From Octopus vulgaris (taxonomy: Eukaryota), in contig OX597814.1 of assembly GCA_951406725.2 (NCBI GenBank), positions 115,134,001 through 115,198,000 on the forward strand: 64,000 nt of DNA. The letters run 5' to 3'. Shown piece after piece: positions 24,373 through 37,339 of the stretch (positions are counted from its first letter, which is position 1; every line of letters begins with the position of its first letter). The notes beneath the pieces are model-generated. The model made no database searches and had not been told where the DNA came from. It saw only the letters and a list, made by a program, of their open reading frames with translations. Both the position numbers and the translations under genes were made by a program.

Positions 24373-25344
24373 CATATATATATATATATAACACAGCCTA
24401 CTGTCCAGTTGTAGATCAGACAATTTACTACGGTGATTATATAACGAATCAGGTATATTGAATCTATAACATTCTCTAAAGAACCTTTTATCGACCAAAC
24501 GTTCTATTCAATTGACACGGCCTATTTCATTGACATGGTGAAGAGATGTCGAAGAGGAGGAATTTATCTTTCTGAAACCTAAAATTCATTAATGCTAGCC
24601 TTAAGCACTAATCTTCTGATATTGATTTCTTACCTATACAGAAGACACTACTGTTAGAAAGGGAAACGTTTGATTGTGTGACATGCATGCCATTCTGAAT
24701 AAAACTACAGAGATAAGTGAGATAAAAATGGCTGCAACGGGAAATCAAGACTACATCGCAGATTCGATTTAATGGTAAATTGCTTTTAATTTACGATACA
24801 ACAATAATCTTGTGTAGTAACCGACACGAATTCTATGAAATGTACTTTTGTTATAATATATAACCTTCAGCGACAACGTTTTATTTAAATAAAACTTTAA
24901 ATATAAAGAGTTCCTGCTTTGCAAAGTAATTCTCTACATTGTTCAGAAAACACATTTTGCGGCAAGTTTACAGTCGACTATATCGACTTGTTACTTGATT
25001 AAATTTTATTTCCTATAACCGAGAACGATGTGAGATACACTTGATCCTAACAATATTTAATCTCAGCATGTAAAAGAACTGTCATGCTTGAGTGAACTTA
25101 ACTGTTCGGCAAAAGGGACCGATAGAATAAGTACCAGACTTTACAAACCAAAATATTAAGTACTAGGATCGATTCGTTCGACTAAAATTCTTCAGGGCGA
25201 TGCCCCAGCATGGCCGCAGTCTAATGGCTGAAACAAGTAAAAGATAAAAGATGTCTCCAAAATATATATTAATGTTACGATGTATACATGAAAAACGATT
25301 GTAACCATTTACAAACGTCTATTAAAAGTATTAATAAAATAAAT

Positions 25345-25591
25345 GCGCCCTTTTAAAGCCTAGTCATGCTCATGGGCCGGGTTTCTCGGTTTCTATGGCG
25401 TATGTGTTCCCCTGCTGGACGGGACGCCAGTCCATCGCAACGTTACTCATTTTTGCCAGCTGAATGGACTGGAGCAACTTGAAATGAAGTGTTTTGCTCA
25501 AGAACACAACGCGTCGCCCAGTCCAGGAATCGAAACCACAATTTTACGATCATGGTGCTGATATCCTAACCACTAAGCCACGCGCATCCAC
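25345..25591 (-). mobile_element. SINE head D with tail variant e
   Basis: Head GCGCGTGGCTTAGTGGTTAGG..GGTTTCGATTCC; tail GCGATGGACTGGCGTCCCGTCCAGC..GGCCCATGAGC. Second copy at 39320-39561. Confidence 0.8.
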
Positions 25592-25745
25592 ATTAAAAAT
25601 ATTACTTCATTAAAATTCATAACAATTTGTATAACTTTCTATTGAGCCACATTTCTGGCTAAAGTGAACTGTGGAAAAGTTCTGACACCAGTCGTAGGAA
25701 AACTCTAAGATAGTTTAAGTTATATATGTTCAAACAAGCTTATTA

Positions 25746-25940
25746 TTAGACCGTCCGTCGTTGTCGACGATGACCAGGGCACGGTGTGTCCGTAGGCAGA
25801 GCACAGTGTGTCCGGCCGTGGCTAATTTGTCCGATGCGTACTCCAACGACTCTGTTGCAGGTCAGGTACTGGTTGTCTGTTGGGTCTGAAAGCAAGGAGC
25901 TGTCTCTGGACTTGCGTAGTTCACGTTTTCTGGTCACAAA
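25746..25940 (-). mobile_element. RTE (BovB-like) LINE 3' end
   Basis: ORF ..KRELRK..TCNRVVGVRIGQISHGRTH resembles the RTE C-terminal zinc finger (C..C.R....RIGL.SH.RTH); tail TGGTCATCGTCGACAACGACGGACGG. Confidence 0.7.
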
Positions 25941-28094
25941 TTATTCAAATGTCCCTCTCTCATTCGGCAATCAATAAGTTTCAAACGTGGTTACATTCAT
26001 AACTTCACGATTAGTTCTTTACAGGAATTTCCCTTAAAGTCGTTCAAAACCTTTTCGATAGTGATCCACCTCAGCCAAAGTCACATGTTCTTTGAATCGT
26101 TATAAACTTTTATAAAGTAATATTTATATTTGTTTTAAGTGGTGTTATTTGTTTATACACTGTGATATGACCGCATGTGGGACAAGTACTATCTGCCAAA
26201 TTGTTTTCAATATTCGTGATCCGAACTAATCTAACCGTAATGTATAAAAGAAAGATTTATTCATTATCAGATCAGTCGTCTGAAAATCGGAAACGAGATA
26301 CTCAGAGGAAAAGGACAAATTTAAATTATCATAAAGTATGAGTTAAACATAAAGGAGAAGATAGATCGAAAATGCAAGAAAGAACAGTAAGAAGCTGCAA
26401 CCAAGAACTGTAGATTAATTGAAGGAAAGGAAAACTGAACGTTTGTAATAGCTGAAATAGCTGTAAGTGTATACATATATTTGCATAGCAATCGGTAATT
26501 TATGTATGTGAAACTTTTCTGTATCAATTCATGATCAACAAGCTGTGCCAAATAAATGGTACGGCTACGTATTTTATATCATCGTCTGTTGTGGATATAA
26601 TTATCATAAAATCTATTGTTACATCAAAGATCCAATATTGATACACCGACTTAATAACATGATCTATCTTGCAACCTCGCTTCACGTCGTTATACACAAC
26701 GTTTGCAGTATCGTGTCTTTAACTAAAAATCGATGCTGAGCACAATATTTTATTCGTAGACCGATATTATACGACAGGAAGCAGTTATAAAATGCCTTAA
26801 AACATTAAACAAAATGTTTCCTTTACTATTTCTTTGGGAAGATTCTGTTCAATAATTCTATATTTCCTTATATCTCTGCGAAACCTGCTGAGTTCTGTGG
26901 TTCGTGTACCGAATCGCTTGTTTAATCAATAAATTGTCAGATACTTTATTTCAGTGTTTACACGGAGTCCAAAAACAACTACAAGATTATTTGTATAGTT
27001 ATAACTAATTTAATACAATGAATGTTATTAATGCGATGTACTAAGAAAGCCAAATCTGATAAGCTAATGTCAAATATTCGGACAAAATGCCTTGTGGTAT
27101 TTAGATGCGACCCTTTACGTCTAGAGCCGGAAATCCCACCGAGATTACCTTTACCTTTCATCATCTCACGCTCGAAAACTAAAATAAAAGTGAACTGAAA
27201 TGGGATATAATCTTATCCCTTCCCACAAAATGCGTGGGTTTTGCGTCAGTATTACACATCAAATATATTCGAATATTTGTTATTGATTAACCTGTGATCG
27301 AACAAATGTCTGGTATACAAGTAGTTATTCGAAATTCATTAGACTCTTTCCAGCACAAACCATCCGGTCTCTAGGCAAATGAATTCAATGCTGCATTATC
27401 CGGTGTTCATCCTTACCTTAAGATGATAGAATGTTAACTCAAGCAATTCTTTCGAGCGCGTAGAAGCACTCACGTTGTCACACTCGGAGATATTTTCTCA
27501 GAAGAGTATTAACAGTTTTATATTGGTTGCAGGATTCTTATGGGGGCAGTCATGACTGGGTGGTTATGAAACTCGCATTGCAACCACGTAGTTTTGGGTT
27601 CGATCTCACTGCGCGGCACCTTGGACAAGTGTCTTATAATATAGCACCGGACCAACAATACGTAGTGATTGAGCTCGGTACGCGGAAACTGTGTCGAAGC
27701 CAGTCGTATATACTTATGTGTGTGGGAGAGAGTACACCTGTGTGTATATTGAGTGTGTCTGGTCTATGTTTGTTTCCTCCCCGCTGGTGTTGGTTTGTTT
27801 ATGTCCCTGTAATCTAACGTTTCGCCAAAAAAATATTAACGATCGAGGAAGTACCAGACTCTAAAAAAGGTTGTTTTGTTCGACTAAACACTTCAAGGTG
27901 CTGCCCCAGCATGGCTGCTGTCCAATGCTTCAAATAAGTCAAACGAATCACTTCCTTGTGTTTTAATATAAACCATTGAATAAGAATGAACCATCATTTT
28001 ACTGATTTCTTTAAAATAAAAACGAATTATCATTGCCACTTCCTATCAACAGAATGTTCAGTGTCAAAATATTCTACTGCACATGGGATCGAGT

Positions 28095-28471
28095 GGCACT
28101 CCGTCGGTTGCGACGACGAGGGTTCCAGTTGATCCGATCAACGGAACAGCCTGCTCGTGAGATTAACGTGTAAATGGCTGAGCATTCCACAGACACGTGT
28201 ACACTTAACGTAGTTCTCAGGGAGATTCAGCGTGTCACACAGTGTGACAAGACTGGCCCTTTGAAATACACGCACAACAAAAACAGGAAGAGGAGTGAAA
28301 GAATGTTGTGGCGAAAGAGTACAGCAGAGTTCGCCACCACCCACTGCCGGAGCCTTGTGGAGCTTTAGGTATTTTCGCTCAATAAATACTCACAATGCCC
28401 GGTATATGATCGAAACTGCGATCCCACGACCCCGAGTCCGCTGCCCAAGTCGCTAGGCCATTGTGCCTCCA
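28095..28471 (-). mobile_element. SINE head C with tail variant c
   Basis: Reverse-complement match to 5736-6108. Confidence 0.8.
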
Positions 28472-28504
28472 CATATAGTATCATTACGACCATGAACAAG
28501 ACAG

Positions 28505-28905
28505 CGTGATGGCAGAATCGTTAGCGCACCGGGAGAATGCTTAGTGGCACTTCGTCCGTCTTAAAGACGTTCTGAGTTCAAAATTCCGCTGAGGTCGAGT
28601 TCGCCTCCCATCCTTCCGGAGCCGATAAATTATGTACCAGTTGAGTACTGGGGCCTATGCAACCGACTATTCTCCTGCCCCACATTTCAGGCCTTGTGTC
28701 TATAGTAGAAAAGTATCCTTAGCACACCGAAAAAATTGCGTAGCGGCATTTCGTCCGGCTTAAACTTCTGAGTTCAAATTCCACCAAAATTGACTTTCAT
28801 CCCTTTCGGTGTCGATAAAATACATACCAGTTCAACACTGGGGTCGAACTAATCCACTTATCCCTTTCCCCAAAATTGCGGACTTTGTGCCAAAATTTGA
28901 AACCA
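28505..28905 (+). mobile_element. Two tandem diverged SINE-B copies
   Basis: TTCTGAGTTCAAA(A)TTCC and CATCC.TT.CGG.G.CGATAAA motifs each present twice. Confidence 0.7.
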
Positions 28906-29413
28906 GTATATATCACTCATCTTAAAGCACAATATTAACGTATCTGATTGCTCCCAATTGTAAGGCTGTGAGTTCGATTCCCAACAGCTCATTGTGTCCT
29001 TGGACAAGACGCTTCATTTCACTCAACGGGCAAAAATGAGTTGTACCTGTAACTAAAAGGGCCAGCCTTGTCACACTGATTCTCCCAGAGAACTACGTTA
29101 AAGGTTCGCATGTATGTGGAGTGCTCAGCCACTTGCACCTTAATTTCACGAGCAGGCTTTTCAGTTGATTGGATTTGATGAAACGTTCGTCGCCGCAAAC
29201 GACGGAATGCCAGTTGTTTTGTTTCTTTTACGCTGTTTCTCACAACTGCTTGACAACCAGTGTTGGTTGGCTTACGTCTCCAGCATGGCCGCAACCCATA
29301 CTCACTAGTTTTAAACCAGACTATTTGATACAGCGACTACTGATTTGATCAACCATATTGGACGTCTAAAATATTCTTGAAGTCCATGATCGGTTAAACC
29401 GAATTATATAGCC

Positions 29414-29680
29414 CAGTGGTTCCCAAAGTGGGCGGTACCGCCCTCTAGAGACGATGGAAAAATCTGGTGGGAGAGTTGCAGAAAAATGCGGTGATAATGG
29501 GTGACCAAAATGGGGCAATGGATTAAAAAGAAAACAAAATACAGGGTTAATTAGGTAAAGTTTAAAGTTTTAATTACGAAATACTGCTGTTTTGAATTTG
29601 CTACAGAAAATAGCCAATGTATGTGATGGTGAGTGGATGGAGGTGCACCAGAACTGCCTGAAAAATTTTGGGAACCACTA
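29414..29680. mobile_element. hAT-type MITE
   Basis: TIRs CAGTGGTTCCCAAA / TTTGGGAACCACTA; TSD not preserved. Confidence 0.7.
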
Positions 29681-29888
29681 CATATTATAGTCTATTTTGC
29701 CTATTTCTAATTCACTGTTGTCTTAGAAAATTCTGAATTGAAGATGGCTTAATTTGATAATCCTACTTCATACAGAATATATTCTTAGAGATATCAAGCG
29801 ACTCTCTAAGGTGGGGTTGGGATATCTGTATTGTAAAATGTCCAAGCGGAACTAAAGTGAATGATACAAATGAAAAAAGTGCCCATAT

Positions 29889-30278
29889 AGGCGAAGGAGT
29901 GACTGTGTGGTAAGTAGCTATAGGCGCAGGAGTGGCTATGTGTTAAATAGTTTGCTTACGAACCACATGGTTCCGGGTTCAGTCCCACTGCGTGTTATCT
30001 TGGGCAGGTGTTTTCTACTATAGCCTCGGGTCGACCAAAGCCTCATGAGTGGATTTCGTAGATAGAAACTGAAAGAAGCCCGTTTGTCCCCCTAGCATTG
30101 CTTGACAACCGATGCTGGTGTGTTTATGTCCCCATCACTTAGCGGTTCAGCAAAAGAGCCCGATAGAATAAGTACTAAACTTACAAAGAATAAGTCCCGG
30201 GATCGATTTGCTCGACTAAAGGCGGTGCTGCAGCATGGCCGCAGTCAAATGATTGAAACAAGTAAAAGAGTAAAAGAG
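29889..30278 (+). mobile_element. SINE family A with duplicated 5' ~30 nt
   Basis: GGCGAAGGAGTGACTGTGTGGTAAGTAGCT precedes a full copy that lacks the central microsatellite. Confidence 0.85.
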
Positions 30279-31443
30279 TATATGCGCAGGCATGGTTGTG
30301 CGGTTAAGAATCTCGCTTTGTAACCATATGGTTTCGGGTTCATCCGCACTGCACGGTAGTCTGGGCAAGCGTGTCTTCTTCTGTAGCCCCGAGCCGACCA
30401 ATGCATTGTGAGTGAGTTTGATTGACGGATATTGTGTGGAAGCCTGTCGTACATATCTGTGTGTGTATATGTATATGTGTATGTACGTGTGTATTTGTTT
30501 TATGATCTTTATTGTAGAGGAGAGACAGCTATATACAGTCACTCGTTATTATTTTATGAATTTAGAAAGAAATAGTAATCTAAGAATGGTTCTGAAGAAG
30601 ACAACAGTTAAAATACATTTGGTTACATCCATTTATTTTCTGAGTGTATATGCCACGAAGGTCAATATTACTTTTCTTCATTTCTAAATTGATAAAATAA
30701 GAACCAATACAAAAGTACCAGGTTCCACAGAAATCAACTATTCTCTTGACAGTTGTACTTCCACATAACCATAAACGAATGACATAAAACAGCAAAAGAT
30801 CAAATAACCATTTCGAATAATGGAAGTGGATCAAAGTCCATACTCTGGATAAATATTACGTAATAACTGTAAAAGGATTTCTGTTTTCTTCAATTTGTTC
30901 TACGAGATTAGTTCTGCGAGCATCTTATCGTAGAAGCAATTTTCTAGTAAACTAGATCAGCAACACGGTTTTGATTTCATATACAATAATTTCATCTTAC
31001 TTAGTGTTACTGGGAAAGGCAAAAACGTTACACAGCCATGTAACTCCTTTATTTTTAAAGTTGGCGTCTCCTTTTGAGAGAAATCGATATTGGAAGATTA
31101 GTCTTTAGGTAAGTATTAATGGAATTTAGGCTCTAAATAGTACACACATTTCTTTCTTTTTCTCTCTCTTTCTCTCTATCTATCTACCTCTGTCCGCCAC
31201 CCCACCCCCAGAGTCAATAAAATAAGCCATATCAATTGAGTTAGAGGTTTAATCGATCATGGACTCTCTAGAGTATTTTAACTGTCCAATACGGCTGATT
31301 TCAGTGGTAATCACCGTAGCAAATAGTTTGATCTAAGACTGGTCAGTACGTATTTTAATTTCTGCAAACAGTATGCTTGCCCTTATGGACACAAAATACA
31401 TTCATATAAGCTCATCACATGCGTTATGATGAATACACACATA

Positions 31444-32315
31444 CGTGGTCTGATCAATAAGTATCCGGACTGTTGCCATAGTAACCAACCTAAAGGACAC
31501 AGAGTAAAACCGTTTGACACAAATTGACCTTAAACTCTGCTGTTCACGTGCACTAAATTTTCGTAATTTACGGCACTACTTGGAAGGAATGTGTGTAGCG
31601 TGCGATCGTCGCATTGACCAAAACAGAGGAGCTGAGCGGATAATCTGCATCAACTTTTGCCAAAATCCTGGCGATACCTGCTCAGAGGCCTACTCAGAGT
31701 TTTCAAAAACTTTTCATCGTTCTCGACACAGCCAAGGAACTCTTGTACAAATGAAATTCGTATGTCTTTTTAGTCAGCTGAAAGTAATTTTGGCACAAAC
31801 TTGGCAGACGCACGTCTCATACCCAAATCTTCATACCCAAAACTGAACTGAACCGTAACTAATCTACACATTCCCTGATAACTCACGGATGGTAATTCGA
31901 CGATTTTCTCTCACAGTTGCACACATCTGCGATGGTTTTCTCTGTTCTGCAGGTTGCGGAGCTCCCAGAACATTCGTCAATATCGCCATTTTTTCAGCCA
32001 TCTTGAAAACGTCTGAACCTCTCGCACACTTGTGTATGGCTCATACACTCCTTTCCATATACTTTTTACAACTTCGCGTAGACCTCTGAGCAGGTATCGC
32101 CATGACAACTTTCTTTGTCATGGTCAATGCGACGATCACACGCCACACACCTTCCTCCCAAGCACTGCTGTAAACAGCGAAAATGAGCTAGAACGTTAAA
32201 ATTTAGTGCGCATGCACAGCAGAGTTCAAGGTCAATCTTTACCAAGCGGCTTCACTCTGCATACTTTAGCTGCGTTACTATAGCAACAGCCCGGATACTT
32301 ATTGATCAGGCGTTG
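31444..32315. mobile_element. Mariner-derived fold-back non-autonomous element
   Basis: TA TSDs; ~180-200 bp inverted arms starting CGTGGTCTGATCAATAAGTATCCGGACTGTTGCCATAGTAAC. Mariner N-terminus ICINFCQNPGDTCSEAY on +, and VSAKFVPKLLSADQK on -. Confidence 0.85.
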
Positions 32316-32680
32316 TATGCGTATAATTACATGCTCTAATGATTGAATTTGTAATTTAGAAATGCTAATCAAAGATCACACTAGCATTTTTATGATAATA
32401 GATTCAAACCGCAGCCCATTATGCGTCTGAATACCAAAAAGTATAATCACCAGGATTTCTATTCTATTTCCCTTCATTATTCTCTATAGCCATATCCCCG
32501 CACGAGTTCCCCCTGTCAATATAAATATATAGAGCCACCCACTAACCAGCCTCAGTTATATTACTAAACCGTCCCACTTGTCCTCCAATGTATCAAAAAA
32601 ATCTACACACATGCATAAATTGCTACATATGTAAGTATAGTTATATATGTATGTATCTGTGTGTAAGTACATTCATACAC

Positions 32681-32726
<46 letters not shown>

Positions 32727-32777
32727 TTACATGCATACACGCATAAATATATATATACATACGCACACGCGCGCATG

Positions 32778-32808
<31 letters not shown>

Positions 32809-32819
32809 GTATGTATAAA

Positions 32820-32860
<41 letters not shown>

Positions 32861-33249
32861 TTATATATGTATGTATTATGTATATATGTATATATATATA
32901 TATATGTGTGTATGTGTATATATATGTGCAGATATGTGCATATATATGTGTATGTATATATATATATGTGTATGTGTGTGTATGTGTATATATATGTGTG
33001 TGTGCATATGTATATATATATATATGTGTGTGTATATATGTATATATATATGTGTATATATGTATATATATATATGAGTGTAAATATATATTTATATATA
33101 TATATATGTGTGTGTACATATATATGTATATATGTATACATATATATGTATATATGTATACATATATATATGTGTGTGTACATATATATATGTATACATA
33201 TATATTTGTGTGCGTATATGTATATATGTATACATATATATTTGTGTGC

Positions 33250-33294
<45 letters not shown>

Positions 33295-34723
33295 CCTTTA
33301 AACTTATCTCTAATTCCAAGATTCGTGGAATTTAGTTCAACATTGATCGTGCTCATCACTTTATACTGATACCCAAACATAAAACATACTTTCTGTCAGA
33401 GATAAAGCTTCCCATTTGTTCGTTCTCATGTGCGATGTGGCAGTACAAACAAAAAATAAAAGTATTATATTTGCAATACTTGGTGAAAATCACCTTCACG
33501 TTCAAATGAACGTGGCGGCTCTACGTAGTATACAAGAAATCGTAGGCGCCATCCCCCTCGAATAACAATCATTTTATAAATGTATACACGCTGGGTAATG
33601 GAATTTTTCTACAACCCTCCTATTCCCCACATCCCAAACAAGATAACCGTCTAATCCCATTGTGAAACTGAATCAGTCAATTCGCCGCCCATTTTGATTT
33701 CAAACACTCAATGAGTTTTCACATCTAATCTCTTTTAAGCTCTCTGCTGTCCCTTCAAATATCTCGCCACCATGTACACTGTCAAATTTAGACAATTCTC
33801 TGATTGCTTTCACCCGAGTAAGCACCACCCGTTACTTTCAAACATTGCTCTAAAATGCTTCACCAAAACCACACTAAATGTTTAACATACCTACTTTGAC
33901 AGATTCCATGGGACTATATTTCTTATTCTCAGTCTTAGCAACCTTTCTCGCTCACTTCGAATATCTCAAATTTCTCTCTGTCTCCGCGCGCGCGCACACA
34001 CAAACACGCTTACACACACACGTATACACAATCATACGCACACACATATACACGCATACACATATGCAAACGGGCGCACGCGCACACATAGCGATGTTGT
34101 GGGACAAACACAGACACATATACACACACACATATATATATGTATATACATATATACTACGGGCTTCTTTTCGGTTTCCGTCTACCAAATCCACTCACAA
34201 GGCTATATAGTAGAAGGCACTTGCCCAAGGTTCCACGCAGTGAGACTGAACCCGGAACCATGTGGTTTGTAAGCAAGCTACTTACCACACAGCCACTCCT
34301 ACTCCTATATATATATATAATAATAATAATAGGGAGTATAACTCCAAACTTACAGGGAAAAATTCAATTTAGTATTAAATCAAATTTCACAATATAAATA
34401 TATAATATATATAGATTAGAGAAAAACCACTATTATGTAATTCAAACAATGTTCGACGAGTCGTGTTCTGTCCTACCTTCGAAACACGCTGGAGTTGAAC
34501 TAGGGACAGCTGATGAAGGTGATTTTTCCTTGTGTAGTTTGTCTTGCACTCTGTTTTTCGTTGTAAAAAAATGGTCTGTTCCATGCTTGTTTTTCCGTTT
34601 TCGTTTGTCGTTGAGTTCTACGTCTATTTGTGGTGTCCTGTACTCACATATATATTTATATATGCATGTATATATACATGTAGATGTAGGTACGTACATA
34701 TATGTATGTATGTATGCATATAT

Positions 34724-34777
<54 letters not shown>

Positions 34778-35334
34778 AAAGCGGTAAGGTAACAAAAGGT
34801 TTCTCCGATGGCCGGATAACTGAAGAGATGGTGGCGTGGATTTACACCTCGGAGTTTTACATTGGCTACCGAATAATTGTCACATATTACATTTACAGAT
34901 ATATATATATATATACTTTTATTTGATTCGATCATTTGACTGTCGCCATGCTGGAACATCGCCTTTAGTCGAACAAATTCACCTTAGGTTTTGTTCATTG
35001 TAAGCCGTGTACTTATTCTATCGGACTCTTTTGCCGAACCGCTAGTTTATAGAGACGTAAACACATCAACATCTGTTGTCAAAGCGATGATTGGTGGGCA
35101 ATCACACACACACACACACACACACGTTTCCGCCTACCAAATCCACTCAGAACACTTTGGTCGTCCCAAGGTATTATGCAATGGGACTGATCCCGGTACC
35201 ATATGGTTGGGAAGCTTGCACCTATGTATATATATTTATAATTTTCCCTCTTACCGTTTTTGAAATCAACGTATGACCTCAACAGAAATCTTATAAGCTG
35301 GCAAGGCAAGATGAGATTCTAGACGCGATGAGGA

Positions 35335-35392
35335 CCACTGATGAGCGTTAAGATGCATTAAGCATCAGAAAGCGAAATCATCGATGATCTGG
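35335..35392 (+). ncRNA. Type I hammerhead ribozyme, fully canonical core
   Basis: CCA-CTGATGA-GC(GTTAA GATGC ATTAA GCATC AGAAA)GC-GAAA-TCAT CG ATGA-TC-TGG. AUC cleavage predicted after 35389. Confidence 0.8.
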
Positions 35393-35518
35393 CTGTATCT
35401 CCGAGCATATAGAGCTTGTCAGTTTATTAAGATAGTGGTTTTGTTGACTATTGAGTTGTTTGCCTGTTATTTCTAGCAATACTGGTGTTAAGTAGTGCAT
35501 TTGTTCACTTTAGTGACG

Positions 35519-35545
<27 letters not shown>

Positions 35546-35550
<5 letters not shown>

Positions 35551-35648
35551 CGTGACCGTGATCACCGTGACCGTGATCACCGTGACCGTGATCACCGTGA
35601 CCGTGATCACCGTGACCGTGATCACCGTGACCGTGATCACTGTGACCG
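35546..35648. repeat. 15-bp tandem array (ATCACCGTGACCGTG) x ~7 forming the 3' tail of a SINE
   Basis: Six perfect units plus one variant unit, between a (TA)n tract and SINE tail d. Confidence 0.95.
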
Positions 35649-35838
35649 ACCAGGCTATCACATGTTGCTACACATCGCTGGTCACAATGCGCTTCGCATT
35701 GTTTTAGCCTTCAAATGATTGCCACCCCGCTGGCTAAGTGAACAGGCCAACAGAAGAAAGAGTGAGAGAAAGTTGTGGCGAAAGAGTACAGCAGAGATCG
35801 CTACCACCCACTGCCGGAGCCTTGTGGAGCTTTAGGTG

Positions 35839-35876
<38 letters not shown>

Positions 35877-36172
35877 CCCGTGACCGACCAGACCATCAGA
35901 TGCTGTTACACATCGCTGGTCACAATGCATTCGCATTGTTTTAGCCTTCGAATGACGCCACCCCGCTGGCTAAGTGAGCAGGCCAACAGAAGAAAGAGTG
36001 AGAGAAAGAGTGGTGAAATAGTACAGCAGGGACGACCACCCCCTGCCCTAGACTCGTGGAGCTTTTTAAGGTTTTTTTCGCTCAATAAACACTCACAACG
36101 CCCGGTCTGGGAATCAAAACCGCGATCCTACGACCGCGAGTGCGCTGCCCTAACCACTGGGCCATTGCGCCT

Positions 36173-36176
<4 letters not shown>
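35649..36176 (-). mobile_element. Two SINE head C / tail d copies separated by (TA)n
   Basis: 35649-35840 (5'-truncated) and 35876-36176 (full). Tail CTGTTGGCCTG.TCACTTAGCCAGCGGGGTGGC..GACCAGCGATGTGTA.CA.CAT. Third copy at 47490-47728. Confidence 0.8.
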
Positions 36177-36246
<70 letters not shown>

Positions 36247-37205
36247 TTTCTGTATTTCTTCCACTTCCTTCGTCTTTCTCTCATAATCCTCTGCAAGATT
36301 TCTGCATAACAAGATCGACTTAAGGTTTTCTTTTCTACCCCCACCCCCTTCACCATTGGTCTCTCACTCACAAAAAACAATTTGTAAAAACAAAGTTGTT
36401 GGCATGGATCTCTAGGCGACACTTCAAGAGCCATGGGTGCCGCTTCTTCTTCCCTAATATATAAAGTGATTGCGAATCATGGCACCACCTCCCTGTGTTT
36501 AGAATGCTGACTGATACTTTACAATGTGATACACTTAAGTATAGTAATATTCATAGCACGATGCTTTAGTGTTGCTACATAATACATTTTGCTAAATCAT
36601 AAGGTGAGAGATAATAACCTCATTGTGTTATAAATAGCAATATCATGATACCATTTTCAACCGAATCATGATGCTAGGAATAACAATAAGAAAACGTGTT
36701 AATTTTAAATTATCATGGTTAATTCAGCATATATAATATATATACATATATATATGTGTATATTTATGTATGTATATATATATATGTATATATATATACT
36801 ATATATATATATGTATGTATGTGTATATATATATATGTATATATATATACATATATATATGTATATATGTATATATATATACATATATATATGTACGTAT
36901 GTATGTATGTATATATATATATATATGTATATATATATACATATATATATGTATATATGTATATATATATATATGTATATATATATACATATATATATGT
37001 ATATATGTACATATATATATATATATATATGTACGTATGTATGTATGTATGTATATATATATATGTATATATATATACATCTATATATGTATATATGTAT
37101 ATATACATATATATATATGTACGTATGTATGTATATATATATGCATATATATATATGTACGTATGTATGTATATATATATGCATATATATATGTACGTAT
37201 GTATG

Positions 37206-37237
<32 letters not shown>

Positions 37238-37307
37238 TATATGCATATATATATATATGTACGTATGTATGTATATATATATATATGCATATATATATGT
37301 ACGTATG

Positions 37308-37339
<32 letters not shown>

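Noticed and set aside
35546-35648. HRDRD / ITVTV repeat ORFs; CRISPR-like appearance
   Set aside because: Perfect 15-bp tandem array without spacers, forming a SINE tail.
36120-36176. tRNA-like sequences as genuine tRNA genes
   Set aside because: All continue into SINE bodies and lack a complete acceptor stem.
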